DNA of 64,000 nucleotides from an uncultured Planctomycetota bacterium (GCA_963823665.1 CAWGMQ010000010.1:1568001-1632000); one strand, 5' to 3'. Shown: positions 41,159 to 50,925, counted from the stretch's first letter. Made by a program: numbers and translations. Notes: a model not told the origin generated them from the sequence alone.

Positions 41159-41200
41159 GGGCGCGGGTCTCCGACCCCGCCCCGCGGCGTGACCGAAGTC
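41159..41200 (+). repeat. REP-like hairpin (family F)
   Basis: GGGCGCGGGTC-TCC-GACCCCGCCC..GACCGAAG. Confidence 0.65.
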
Positions 41201-41227
41201 CCAGCAGTGGCCAAATGGAATGCATAA

Positions 41228-42556
41228 ATGACAGCGCCACCGGCCTCCGCCGAACGAGAATCGATCCTGGTCAGGATCGCTCTCTCGCCGCTCCGCGCCA
41301 TCGAACGGGCGCGGATGGCGCCGGTTCACGCTGCTGGCAGTCTACGCCGTTATCGCCCTCGTGATCGGGGCGTTCCTCTGGCGCCGCTCGGAGCTCGCCG
41401 GCTTGCCTGATGTCGGCGAGCCTTTTGACGTCGCTCCGTCGCGCTGGCCTGCGCCGATCTCCGGCGATCGCAATGCCTTTCCGTCGTATCAGCACGCCGC
41501 GGCGCGGTTTCAAGAAATGACCTCGCCGCACCGCAAGTCGTTCGAACGCGCCAACCTCTGGTGGATCTTCAGCGATTCAACACTGCGCGCCTGGGTCGCG
41601 GCAAACGATGAGGCGATCTCCTTGATGTGCACCGGCTCGGAACGGCCGGTGCTCGTTCCTGAAGCTCCCAAGAGCCTATCGGTGCAGGAAACAGAGACCG
41701 CCAATGCCGAGCTTGCAAGGCGGATCGGCTGGATCGGCGCGGCCGGTCTTCTCAAGGCCGGTCGCCTCCGCGCCGAAGGTGACAATTCCGGGGCTTGGAA
41801 GCTGCTCAAAGCCACCGCGCGTGCAAGCCGCCACATCGCGTGGGCCGCGCCTACGGCGAGAGGTCGTAGCCACGGAATCATGCTCGCTCAGTACGCCCGC
41901 CATCCGGTCGACGAATGGGCGCCGACGAGGCCACGACAGTTTCCATGTTGCGCCAGGCCCTTGACGACCTAGCAGCCGCCGAGGCTCTGACACCGCCGCT
42001 GAGTATCTTCTACCGCCGCGAATACCTGTTAGCACTCGAGTCATTGATGCAGCCGAAACCATGGTTCGCGAGTGAGCCCCGGCAGCCGGCAAACCATGCC
42101 CAGCGTCCGTTCTTCGCGCACCTGCCTGCGCTCGACGCTTTCATACACGCCGAGCCCGAGCGCAGCCGTCGGGTACTGAATCTGCTCGTTGCCAACGACC
42201 TCGCCTGGTGCGATCGACCGCTCCACGAGCGCCCTGCCGCGGCCGTTCCCACGCTTCAGATCTACGAGCCGGATCCCCGCGCACCGGAATCCGCACGCGC
42301 CCTCGTTCCCGCAGAGCTAGCCCGCTGGGCCGATTCCGCCCTGATCACGCCGGGGATCACCTGGCGGTTGGGCGAGCTCGAGGCGTGGGACCGCGTCGAT
42401 CGCTCGTCAATGCGTGAGCTCATCGAGTCGGTTGCGGTGTCGTTGTTCTACAAGGAGACGGGCCGTTGGCCATCCTCGCCGGCCGCGGCGTTCAAACGTT
42501 ATCGCCCCGGTCCAGACGACGCATCCGATCGCGACCAGACCATACCGCTGCCGTGA
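41228..42556 (+). CDS. Single-TM helical protein, copy 2 (frameshifts near 41310 and 41918)
   Basis: Three ORF pieces are collinear with 39825-41153. Confidence 0.8.
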
Positions 42557-42576
42557 CCGCCGCTGCTTCAGTGGCA

Positions 42577-42620
42577 AAGCCCCGAAAACGCTCGTCCGAG
42601 GGGCGAGCGCTCCGGGGCTT
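42577..42620. terminator. Hairpin between convergent genes
   Basis: AAGCCCCG..CGCTCG/CGAGCG..CGGGGCTT. Confidence 0.45.
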
Positions 42621-42678
42621 GCGCGTGAATCCGATCTCTTGGCTGTCTGCTCATCTGAGAAGACAGCCAACACGCAGA

Positions 42679-43020
42679 TCAGAAGACGTCCAGAGCGAAA
42701 TGATGACCGCTGTACCAGCCCTTCTTGTTCCAGTCGTGCCAGCCGTGAGGGTGGCGGAGGACTCCGAAGATCCGGTAACCGCCGTAGTAGTTGCGGTAAT
42801 ACGGGCCTTGAATCTGAGGAACGATACGCTGTTCGCGAGGATAGCGATACCAGCCGTCGTAGAGTCCGTTATACTCGAATCCGTTCCCCGGGACTTGAGG
42901 CGGGACGTACGGCCAATGGAGATAATCGGTCCAGTCTTGCGCCTGGGCCGACTTCACTCCGCCAAAGGCGGAGAGTGCGAGAGCCAGAGCCCCCGCTTTG
43001 AGCCACGTGAAGCGAGACAC
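42679..43020 (-). CDS. Small secreted Tyr/Trp/His-rich protein
   Basis: RBS GGAGG, GTG start, signal peptide ending AQA; ends WYSGHHFALDVF. Confidence 0.75.
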   Translation of the reverse strand: MSRFTWLKAGALALALSAFGGVKSAQAQDWTDYLHWPYVPPQVPGNGFEYNGLYDGWYRYPREQRIVPQIQGPYYRNYYGGYRIFGVLRHPHGWHDWNKKGWYSGHHFALDVF

Positions 43021-43128
43021 AATACACCTCCGTGTAGGGAACATTTTCCCAAACCGTGGCCAATATGCCACACGTTTGCCTCGCCTGTGAAAAAACACGC
43101 GACTTTCTCCCATCGGAAGGGACCAGTT

Positions 43129-44519
43129 ATGCCGGACACACCGCTTCGGGGTGAGAAACCACAAGGAACGATTGAACTACCCGCACGTGTCGAAGCCGCC
43201 CGCAGCGGTTCCCCGCACAAAGCTTCCCCCCCCTTAAAAAGGGGGGCCAGGGGGGGTGCATTCCGGTCGCCGTCGCATCAAGCTTTCCCTCCTTTAAAAG
43301 GAAGGGCCAGGGGGGGTGCATTCCGGTCGCCAATCTCTCAAAGCCAACGCGCACAAACGCAAACGCGGCCTCTCCTGCTCGCCTTCCTCTTCATCGCCCA
43401 AGCCTCCTTCCTCGTCCGCCCGCTCCACGCCCAGCAGTCTCCCACTCAAGAACCCGATGAGCAGCGCCTGCGCCAAATCGTCAAAGACCTGACCGCCCCT
43501 GAATTCGCCGGCCGCAGCGGCGCAGGGGGGCGAAAGGCCGCGGCATACCTCGTCGACCAATTTCGCTCGCTCAAGCTTGAGCCGCTTTTCAGCGGTGATT
43601 TCCAGCAGGCGATCCCGGGAAAGGAGCCCGGCTCAGTGATCGGGCACAACGTGGGTGCTCGCCTTGCAGGAACGGATCCTGCTCGCAAAGACGAATGTGT
43701 AATCCTGGCGGCGCATTTTGATCACCTCGGTGTGCGCAACGGCCGTCTGTATCCCGGCGCCGACGATAATGCTTCAGGCGTCGCCATGATGCTCGAAGTG
43801 GCGCGCACGATCGTCGAGTCGCCTCAGACGCCCAGGCGCAGCGTGATGTTCGTCGGCTTCGACCTCGAGGAGAACTCACTCTTCGGCTCGCGCTATTTCG
43901 TGGCCCACAGCCCTGTGCCGCTTGAGAAGGTCTCGCTCTTCATCACGGCCGACATGATCTCGCGGGCGCTGGCAGGTGTTTGCGAGCGCAGTGTCTTCGT
44001 CTTCGGCAGTGAGCAGGCACCGGGCCTGCGGCCGTGGATCGACGAGGCCGCCCGCGGCCGCGAGCTTTCAGTCGGCCTGATGGGAACCGATCTGCTCGTC
44101 CTCAACCGGAGCGACTACGGTCCGTTTCGCAGCAAGTCGATCCCGTTCTTGTTCTTCACGACCGGCGAAAATCCTCGCTACCACACAGTCAACGACACGC
44201 CTGAGACTCTTGATTATCCCAAGCTGACGGCAATCAGCCGCATGATCGGTCAAGTGGTGCGCAAGGCGGCCAACGCGGATGAAACCCCTCGCTGGCAATC
44301 AAGCCCCGACAATCCGTTCTCGGAGGCGGTCGCGATTCGCGACGTGCTCGAGACCCTGGCGAAGAACAGCGAGCGCCTCAAGATCGGCCGAGCGCAGCTC
44401 TTTGTGATCAACAACACGCTCGGCTTGCTCGACGCCGTAGTCAAACGCGGCACGATCACACCAGACGAGCGCGCCGCGTAATCCAGGCGTGCCGGTTCGT
44501 GCTGTTCACCGTGCTCTGA
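43129..44519 (+). CDS. M28-family peptidase (C-terminal frameshift near 44478)
   Basis: AAHFDHLG, GADDNASG, FDLEE, RSDYGPF, YHT; the shifted frame ends LIQACRFVLFTVL*. Confidence 0.9.
43220..43331 (+). repeat. 60-bp tandem family-C repeat, in frame within the M28 N-terminus
   Basis: Units at 43220 and 43280 encode PPLK(R/G)(G/R)ARGGAFRSP twice. Confidence 0.85.
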
Positions 44520-44677
44520 ACGGCGGCTCGTGATCCCGGGATCGCGACGCTGGCGCGTTGAAAAACTCCAGCCCGCCTACAGACGTTGGTATCACTTCAT
44601 CACACGGCGCGTTCCACAACGAAAACTCACTTGAAGACTTTCCTAAGCATTTGTCCTTCAAGTTAAGGAACGCTGCG

Positions 44678-44806
44678 ATGCTGCGTCGACGAGTTACGGT
44701 GCTTGAGTTCCTTCTTCTCGCGGCAATTCTAGGTTTGGCCTGCACGATGCCGGTCCAGTGCTACCGGGCGGTGCGCGAGGGCGATTACCGGGCTTCTGCG
44801 GAATAG
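44678..44806 (+). pseudogene. Possible prepilin-like N-terminal stub
   Basis: MLRRRVTVLEFLLLAAILGL.. ends where the transposase remnant begins. Confidence 0.3.
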
Positions 44807-44809
44807 ATG

Positions 44810-45136
44810 TGGCGCTGCCCAGTGGAAGATCGCCGCAAGGTCGATTCATCAAGTAAGGGCATGCTCTAGGGCTTCTCACTTGGAAACTACCTGCTCCTGG
44901 TCGAATACACCGGTCGCCTCTTCCGCGACGGCAAAGCCGTCACCTCGGCCGAGCTATCCGGAATCCTCGAACGAATCGGCTAGAACGCCGATTGCTGGTG
45001 GGCTCGCATCGGGAAACTGAGCAACGGCCGCCTACTGGGCCGGTCCTTCGCCGCCAGTCGCGCACGCCTGCGCGAAGTCGCCGTGCGCCTCGGCGTCCAC
45101 CACCTGGCCAACCTCGCCGGGCGCCCGGCACGATAA
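44810..45136 (+). mobile_element. C-terminal remnant of a planctomycete transposase (probably Y1/RAYT-like), with two TAG stops
   Basis: WRCPVEDRRK..GML*GFSLGNYLLLVEYTGRLFRDGK..ILERIG*..GRLLGR..LGVHHLANL; family recognised from memory. Confidence 0.65.
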
Positions 45137-45328
45137 ACAACCTTTGACCGCGCCAGGGTGAGGCGCCCGCCGTGCCGGGCTCGCATTCGCCTCGCCGCCA
45201 AACGACTGGCCCGGCATCGTCCAGTGCCTTCGCGACGGCGTGCCTTGCATTCACTCGCCGGTTCGTTTTCGCGTATAATGCCTGCGGACGATCCTTCCGT
45301 CAGACCTGGACCGCCGGAGGCCGGCTTC

Positions 45329-46057
45329 ATGGCCACCAGAACGCGACCGCACAAGCCGTCGGATCCACCTGGGGTCACGGGTAATGGCTCGACCCCACCG
45401 CTGCAAAATGGCGATCGCCTGACCCGCGATGAGTTCGAAAGACGCTACGACGCGATGCCCGAGCTGAAGAAGGCCGAGCTGATCGAAGGAGAAGTGTACG
45501 TGTCGTCACCCGTCAGCCAGCGACGTCATGGAAGGCAACACTCGCATCTCAATTTCTGGCTGTGTGCTTACGAGGGTCGCACACCCGGCGTCGAGGTGGG
45601 CGACAATAGCACCGTTCGACTCGACCTGAAAAACATGCCCCAGCCGGACTGCCTTTTGTTCATCCAGCCGGAGCACGGAGGAAAGGTGCGGATTGGTGAG
45701 GCTGGTTTTATCGAAGGCGCTCCAGACCTGGTCGCCGAAGTGGCTGCAACGAACGCCAGTTACGACCTGGGCAAGAAGCTCGATGCGTTCCATCGCAACG
45801 GCGTGCGCGAATACATCGTCTGGCGCGTCCTCGACCGCGAGATCGACTTGTTCGTGCGCCGAAAGACACGATTCACGCCCCTCGCGCCCGCCGCTGATCG
45901 CACGCTGCGCAGCACGGTCTTCCCTGGACTATGGCTTGATCCCGCGGCGCTCGTGCGCGGAGTCGTGTACGCGGTATTCGCGCTTGTTCAACAAGGTCTG
46001 AGCTCCCCTGAGCACGCCGCCTTCGTGGCGCGATTGGAGAAAGCCCGGCGAGCTTGA
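45329..46057 (+). CDS. Uma2-family (PD-(D/E)xK) endonuclease-like protein
   Basis: PPLQNGDRLTRDEFERRY..KAELIEG..PQPD..GAPDLVAEV..GVREYIVW..FPGLWLD. Confidence 0.9.
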   Translation: MATRTRPHKPSDPPGVTGNGSTPPLQNGDRLTRDEFERRYDAMPELKKAELIEGEVYVSSPVSQRRHGRQHSHLNFWLCAYEGRTPGVEVGDNSTVRLDLKNMPQPDCLLFIQPEHGGKVRIGEAGFIEGAPDLVAEVAATNASYDLGKKLDAFHRNGVREYIVWRVLDREIDLFVRRKTRFTPLAPAADRTLRSTVFPGLWLDPAALVRGVVYAVFALVQQGLSSPEHAAFVARLEKARRA

Positions 46058-46229
46058 TTTCCGTGAAGAGCGCGTTGACTCCGCCCGGGTGCCGAGGACT
46101 CGCCTTGAATATGCCATCTTGGTTTATTCGGCGATGCGTGCTGCTGCGCTCGCCGCCCCGGCGAAACAATCAGGTATAATGCCCTCCGACGAGACCTCAC
46201 GCGGAAACCGACTTGCGGAGTTCGGATTC

Positions 46230-46898
46230 ATGGCCAGTTCCGTCCCGAATGTCGCCATTCCCCCGCTGGTGCACGGCGACCGCCTCACCCGCGCCGAGTT
46301 CGAGCGGCGATACGATGCGATGCCCTGGGTCAAGAAAGCCGAGCTGATCGAAGGAGAGGTTTTCATGCCCTCACCTGTCCGGCATGGGCAGCACAGCTAT
46401 CCGCATAGCCTGGTTGTTGGCTGGCTTGTCTACTACGCCGTCAATACACCCGGCGTGCAATCGGGCGATAATGGTAGCATTCGACTCGACCTCGACAACG
46501 AACCCCAGCCGGACGCCTATTTGATCATACCGCCCGATCACGGCGGCCAAGTATTCATCAGCGAGGATGATTACATCGAGGGTGCGCCCGATCTGGTTGC
46601 AGAAATCGCGTCCAGCAGTGCCAGTTACGACCTGGGCAAGAAGCGGGTCGCCTACGAGCGCACCGGCGTTCGCGAGTATATCGTTTGGCGCGTGCTCGAC
46701 CGTCAGATCGACTGGTTCGTAAATCGTGATGGCCGATTCGAGCCGATTCCCCGGGCGGCCGACGGGGTCTTGCGCAGTGCCGTTTTTCCGGGCCTGTGGC
46801 TCGACACCGATGCACTCCTGCGCGGCGACAACGCCGCCGCCTTCCTGGTCCTGCAACAAGGCCTGGGCTCTCCCGAGCACGCCGAGTTCGTGGCGTGA
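46230..46898 (+). CDS. Uma2-family protein, tandem paralog (slightly shortened by CGA>TGA)
   Basis: Same motifs; FVA*LAK versus FVARLEK in the first copy; both preceded by GTATAATGCC. Confidence 0.9.
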   Translation: MASSVPNVAIPPLVHGDRLTRAEFERRYDAMPWVKKAELIEGEVFMPSPVRHGQHSYPHSLVVGWLVYYAVNTPGVQSGDNGSIRLDLDNEPQPDAYLIIPPDHGGQVFISEDDYIEGAPDLVAEIASSSASYDLGKKRVAYERTGVREYIVWRVLDRQIDWFVNRDGRFEPIPRAADGVLRSAVFPGLWLDTDALLRGDNAAAFLVLQQGLGSPEHAEFVA

Positions 46899-46950
46899 TT
46901 GGCGAAATCCGGGGCATCGTGAATTCGTGCCAGCACACGGACGTGAAAGC

Positions 46951-47211
46951 TCATTGCCGTGCGGACAAGCCGTATCGGTGGCGAAGTTCCTTCAGGAATT
47001 CACGCGCTGGGATACCCTCATCGCCCGCCCGCATGTCATCGAGAGCGTCTCGCACCGCGTCCGCCGAGGCCGCTTCGTCCTCCGCACTGCGATTCTCGTA
47101 CTCCCAATGTGCGAGGGCTTCATCCGACGTCAGGCCCACGCCGCCGCCCGGCAGCTTCTCTTCGACGAAACTCTTGAACGCGCTAAGGTCATTGATGCGT
47201 TCGATGTTCAT
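46951..47211 (-). CDS. ParD-like antitoxin followed by a toxin stub
   Basis: AVRDALDDMRAGDEGIPAREFLKELR; ATGA overlap with MSFHVRVLAR.., which runs into the Uma2 gene. Confidence 0.6.
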   Translation of the reverse strand: MNIERINDLSAFKSFVEEKLPGGGVGLTSDEALAHWEYENRSAEDEAASADAVRDALDDMRAGDEGIPAREFLKELRHRYGLSARQ

Positions 47212-47286
47212 TCCCGTGTGCCCGTTTCATAGCTTCCACAATACCGACGCGCGGGAAACCCGTCGAGAACGATGCTCCCGGATCTC

Positions 47287-49227
47287 TCACCGCCGCGGCG
47301 CGGGATCCAGCTCAGGTGCCGGCACCGGCGCGAATGGCCCGCCTGCGGCGCCGCCGGGCTCCATCCGCGGAAAGTCGGGAAGCTCGAGTAAGCGCTGGAG
47401 CCCGGGCGCGGTGAGCAGGTCGAACGGATCGACGTTCTCCGGTGCGGGCGTCACCTCGCCTTGAGTCTGGGCCGCGCTCGTGCGTGCCGAAAGAAATGCC
47501 GCCCAGGCCTGCGCCGGCGTGGCGATCTTCTCGAAAACGGGACCGAGCGGCGTGTCTTCGACACGCAAGGTCGAAGTGCCGGTGTTCGCGACGATATAGC
47601 TGATGATCTGCCTTGCCTGGTCCTGGTTGCCCTGGCCCCAGCGGATCAGCGCGCGGATGCTCAGAATCGTGAAACGGTGGTCGAAGTCGGTCGTTTGCCG
47701 GTCGAGAGCATCCAGGTCGGCTGCGGCGGCCTGAAGGTCGCCGCGAAGATAGTCGAAGAGCAGGCGGGCCTCGTCGTCACTTTCGGCCGCGGCGGCTTCG
47801 TCCGGCTTGCCGCGGGCGGGTAGCAGTGCTTCGCCGAGCAGAGCGATGCGGCCCAGACGGGCGGACACGTTGGCCTGACCCGCAAGCTCGTTGGGCAGCG
47901 GGAAGATTGCCGCTCGCTCGAAAGTCTGGCCGTCGACGACAACCGGTGGCAGAGCGGCTCTCAGCACCCGAGCCGCCGTGGTCGTCAGAATCTTCAGCCA
48001 TGCCCGCCGCGCGTCGTCGTCGGGAACAAGCAGCCGGGTTTGTTCGGCCTCGCCGTCGTAGAGCGCCGGGTGCGAGAGGGCATCGGGATCGCCGAACCGC
48101 ACGGCGACCGAGCGGCCGTCGGGCGAGAGCGAAACCGCGGCGATTCGCAGGCTCGGGTCGAGCGGATGGAACGGGCGGCGACTCCCGGGGTCTTTTACCA
48201 GGGTCCGGACCAGCTCGGATTCTCGGTTTTCCAGATCCGCCGAGTGATAGCTCACCTCGGCTTCCTTGTCGAAATCGATGGCCACGCCGCGCAGCTTCGC
48301 GACTCGCCGCACCGGGTCCGGCACCAGTTTCATCAGTTCTCCCGGCTCGGTCGCGTCGAGCGCGCACCGCACCAGCTCGAACTCGCGCGAACGGCTCGTC
48401 GTCATCTCTGCGACGACCAGGATCGATCGGCCGTCGGCGTCCCAGAACGGAGCGGTGGTCACCGGGCCGGTCGCAATCAATTCGCGCGGCTCGCTGAAGC
48501 CGAGGCCGCGCGGGCTCACGACTTCCAGGCTGTGATTGCCGATCCCACGCCGGATGTAGGCGCACATCGCGCCGGACGGCGACCACGCCGGCAAGATGCC
48601 GTGATCGAGGATGTGCACCCGCTTTCCGGTATCCATCCGGATGATGTCGATCGAAGGAACCTTGCTCGGCCGGGGTACGGCCAGGAACTGTCCCGCCGCG
48701 CTCCACGCAGAGCGATGGCCCGGCAGCGCGGCTCTGGTCTCTTCATCGAGCACAAATTCCGGTGAGGTCCAGATGACCTTTTTCTCGTCCAGGCTCCTCT
48801 GAACAATCACTTCCAGCCGGCCGGTCTGGCTCTCTCCGGCCAGGCCGCCCGATTCGGGCACGAAACGGCTATAAGCAAGCGATCGGCCCAGCGGCCCCCA
48901 CGCCGGCGCCGAAAGCGGCCACCGCGATTGCTCGATCAAGACGTTCGCCCCCGAATTCTGGTCGATAGCCCAGATCCGATACACCCCGGGCCTGGCCGGT
49001 TCTTTCCGGCTGTCAACTCGCCCGCGCGGCGAATCCATATTCGGAGCGGCCGCACCCAGCAGCCAGCCGCGCGGGAGCGGCTCGGCTGGACCGTCCAGGC
49101 TGGTATACGCCAGCCACCTGGAATCCGGCGACCACGACATCGATGAATTCATCCACGCGGCGCCCGAGGCAGCCGCCACGAAGTGGATGGCAGCCAAGCA
49201 GAGAAGCCGGACAAAGGCGATCTTCAT
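47287..49227 (-). CDS. Secreted TolB-like beta-propeller protein
   Basis: Signal peptide; WSPDSRWLAY, PAWGP, PAWSPSG, LSPDGRSVA repeats. Confidence 0.8.
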   Translation of the reverse strand: MKIAFVRLLCLAAIHFVAAASGAAWMNSSMSWSPDSRWLAYTSLDGPAEPLPRGWLLGAAAPNMDSPRGRVDSRKEPARPGVYRIWAIDQNSGANVLIEQSRWPLSAPAWGPLGRSLAYSRFVPESGGLAGESQTGRLEVIVQRSLDEKKVIWTSPEFVLDEETRAALPGHRSAWSAAGQFLAVPRPSKVPSIDIIRMDTGKRVHILDHGILPAWSPSGAMCAYIRRGIGNHSLEVVSPRGLGFSEPRELIATGPVTTAPFWDADGRSILVVAEMTTSRSREFELVRCALDATEPGELMKLVPDPVRRVAKLRGVAIDFDKEAEVSYHSADLENRESELVRTLVKDPGSRRPFHPLDPSLRIAAVSLSPDGRSVAVRFGDPDALSHPALYDGEAEQTRLLVPDDDARRAWLKILTTTAARVLRAALPPVVVDGQTFERAAIFPLPNELAGQANVSARLGRIALLGEALLPARGKPDEAAAAESDDEARLLFDYLRGDLQAAAADLDALDRQTTDFDHRFTILSIRALIRWGQGNQDQARQIISYIVANTGTSTLRVEDTPLGPVFEKIATPAQAWAAFLSARTSAAQTQGEVTPAPENVDPFDLLTAPGLQRLLELPDFPRMEPGGAAGGPFAPVPAPELDPAPRR

Positions 49228-49519
49228 GAAATCGTTCCCGTGGAGGTAAACGATCTGGCCCGCCGATGGGAATGCGCCGCGCCGGAGGGATTTCCGGCCT
49301 CCCGCGAGATCCAATCGCGATGCTGGCTCATCGGGAGGACGCGTGCGCTCACAAACAGTATATCCCGCAGCCGCGCTCGTGGATAGCGATTGCGGCCCTA
49401 CTGCCGTTCCGTGCGATTCACTCGCGCCTCATCTTTTTCGGTGCACAAACGATACGGCGAAAAAGACATGGAAATAATCAGCGGGATCGCCGCCTGTCTG
49501 ATTGTACGTGATATAAGTA

Positions 49520-49598
49520 ACGTAACGAGTTACGTCGATGAACTTTCACGGAGCCACCCGCGTGCCTATTGAACGTTGGGACGCATTCTTGCTAAATT
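49520..49598 (+). promoter_or_regulatory. Palindromic operator and sigma70-like promoter of the fab-like cluster
   Basis: ACGTAAC-GA-GTTACGT at 49520-49535; TTGAAC-N18-TAAATT with TG extension. Confidence 0.45.
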
Positions 49599-49696
49599 GC
49601 TCCATCAAAAATGCCATACGAGTGTATCGGCGCGAATTCGTTTCGGAGTGGCTGTCTTGGCTTTAGGGTGAAATCAGGCTTCCCTCGGGTGCTTCC

Positions 49697-50269
49697 ATGC
49701 GATTTGTGTTGATCGATCGGATCATCGACGTTCAGACGACGCGATGCCGCCTTGCCGGGGCTGACCGGGTTGCCAGTCCCGGGCCTTCGCTAGTCGGGAT
49801 AAAGAATCTCTCCCTGGCGGAGGAGTATTTGAGCGACCACTTTCCGGGGTTTCCGGTCATGCCCGGGGTGCTGATGCTGGAAGCGCTCACGCAGGCGGGG
49901 GCCTGGTTGATCCGCGAGCTCGAGGATTTTTCGCACAGTATCATCGTGTTGAAACAAGCCAAGACGATCAAATATGGGAGCTTTGTCGAGCCTGGGCGAC
50001 AGCTCGAGCTGCGCGTCGAGCTGACCGAATTTGACGAGCACGATTGCACGTTCAAGGGAGTGGGGCTGATCGACTCTCAAGAGATGGTCAAGGGACGCTT
50101 CATCCTGACCAGATACAACTTGCGAGACAAGGACGCCGAGCTCCACACGACTGATACGTCCATCGTCGCGGGCCTTCGCGACCTCTACTCCACCCTGAGG
50201 AAAGGCTCGGTCGGGGCCAGGGCGATCGCTCGGAAGCCGGATGCCGTGGAGATCCGTACACCTGTCTAG
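49697..50269 (+). CDS. fabZ: FabZ/FabA-family 3-hydroxyacyl-ACP dehydratase 1
   Basis: RFVLIDRI..DHFPGFPVMPGVLMLEAL. Confidence 0.9.
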   Translation: MRFVLIDRIIDVQTTRCRLAGADRVASPGPSLVGIKNLSLAEEYLSDHFPGFPVMPGVLMLEALTQAGAWLIRELEDFSHSIIVLKQAKTIKYGSFVEPGRQLELRVELTEFDEHDCTFKGVGLIDSQEMVKGRFILTRYNLRDKDAELHTTDTSIVAGLRDLYSTLRKGSVGARAIARKPDAVEIRTPV

Positions 50270-50535
50270 GACGCAGCGTGGCTGCGCACGGGCTTTGCTT
50301 GATGATGTTGCAACGATTCGCCATTTTGCTCATGATGTGCCGGATTCCGGCCCCGTTGCCGGGAGGACGACTCCCCGGGGTCAGTGTGCGCAACGACATT
50401 CCCCCGCGTTCGCCCATATGAAGTTCGACACATCGTTTCGCCGACGATTAAGAGAGGCGACTTGATCTTCGGCAACCTGGAAGTGGGTTTCGGTGTGGGA
50501 TCGGGAGGGGACCCCATCTTGTTCTTGAGGAAAAT

Positions 50536-50925
50536 ATGCCGACATACGACGAGATTTTCGGGAAAGTTCAGGCCACACTGGTCGACGCCTTGGGTGTGGA
50601 CGAGGACGAAGTCACCCGCGCCGCGACACTGGTAGGCGATCTGGGCGCCGAATCGATCGATTTTCTGGACATCGTGTTCCGTCTCGAGCGCAACTTCGGA
50701 ATCAAAATTCCGCGTGGCGAGCTCTTCCCGGAGAACCTGATGGCCGACCCGGAATGGGTCGCCGACGGCAAGCTCACGGGCAAAGGTGTCGATGAGCTCA
50801 AGTCGCGCCTACCGTTCGCTGACCTCTCCAAGCTCGAGGAGAATCCCGCGGTCGATCGGATCGGGGATCTTTACACAGTGGACATGCTTGTCCAATATGT
50901 GCAGAGCAAGCTGGTCGCTGCCTGA
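50536..50925 (+). CDS. acpP: Acyl carrier protein (long form, 129 aa)
   Basis: DLGAESIDFLDIVFRLERNFGIKI; insertion before the final YTVDML helix. Confidence 0.9.
   Translation: MPTYDEIFGKVQATLVDALGVDEDEVTRAATLVGDLGAESIDFLDIVFRLERNFGIKIPRGELFPENLMADPEWVADGKLTGKGVDELKSRLPFADLSKLEENPAVDRIGDLYTVDMLVQYVQSKLVAA

Noticed and set aside
42466..43128. N-terminal 221 aa of the 671-aa ORF
   Set aside because: Overlaps a credible minus-strand gene with an RBS and signal peptide; the peptidase more likely starts at 43129
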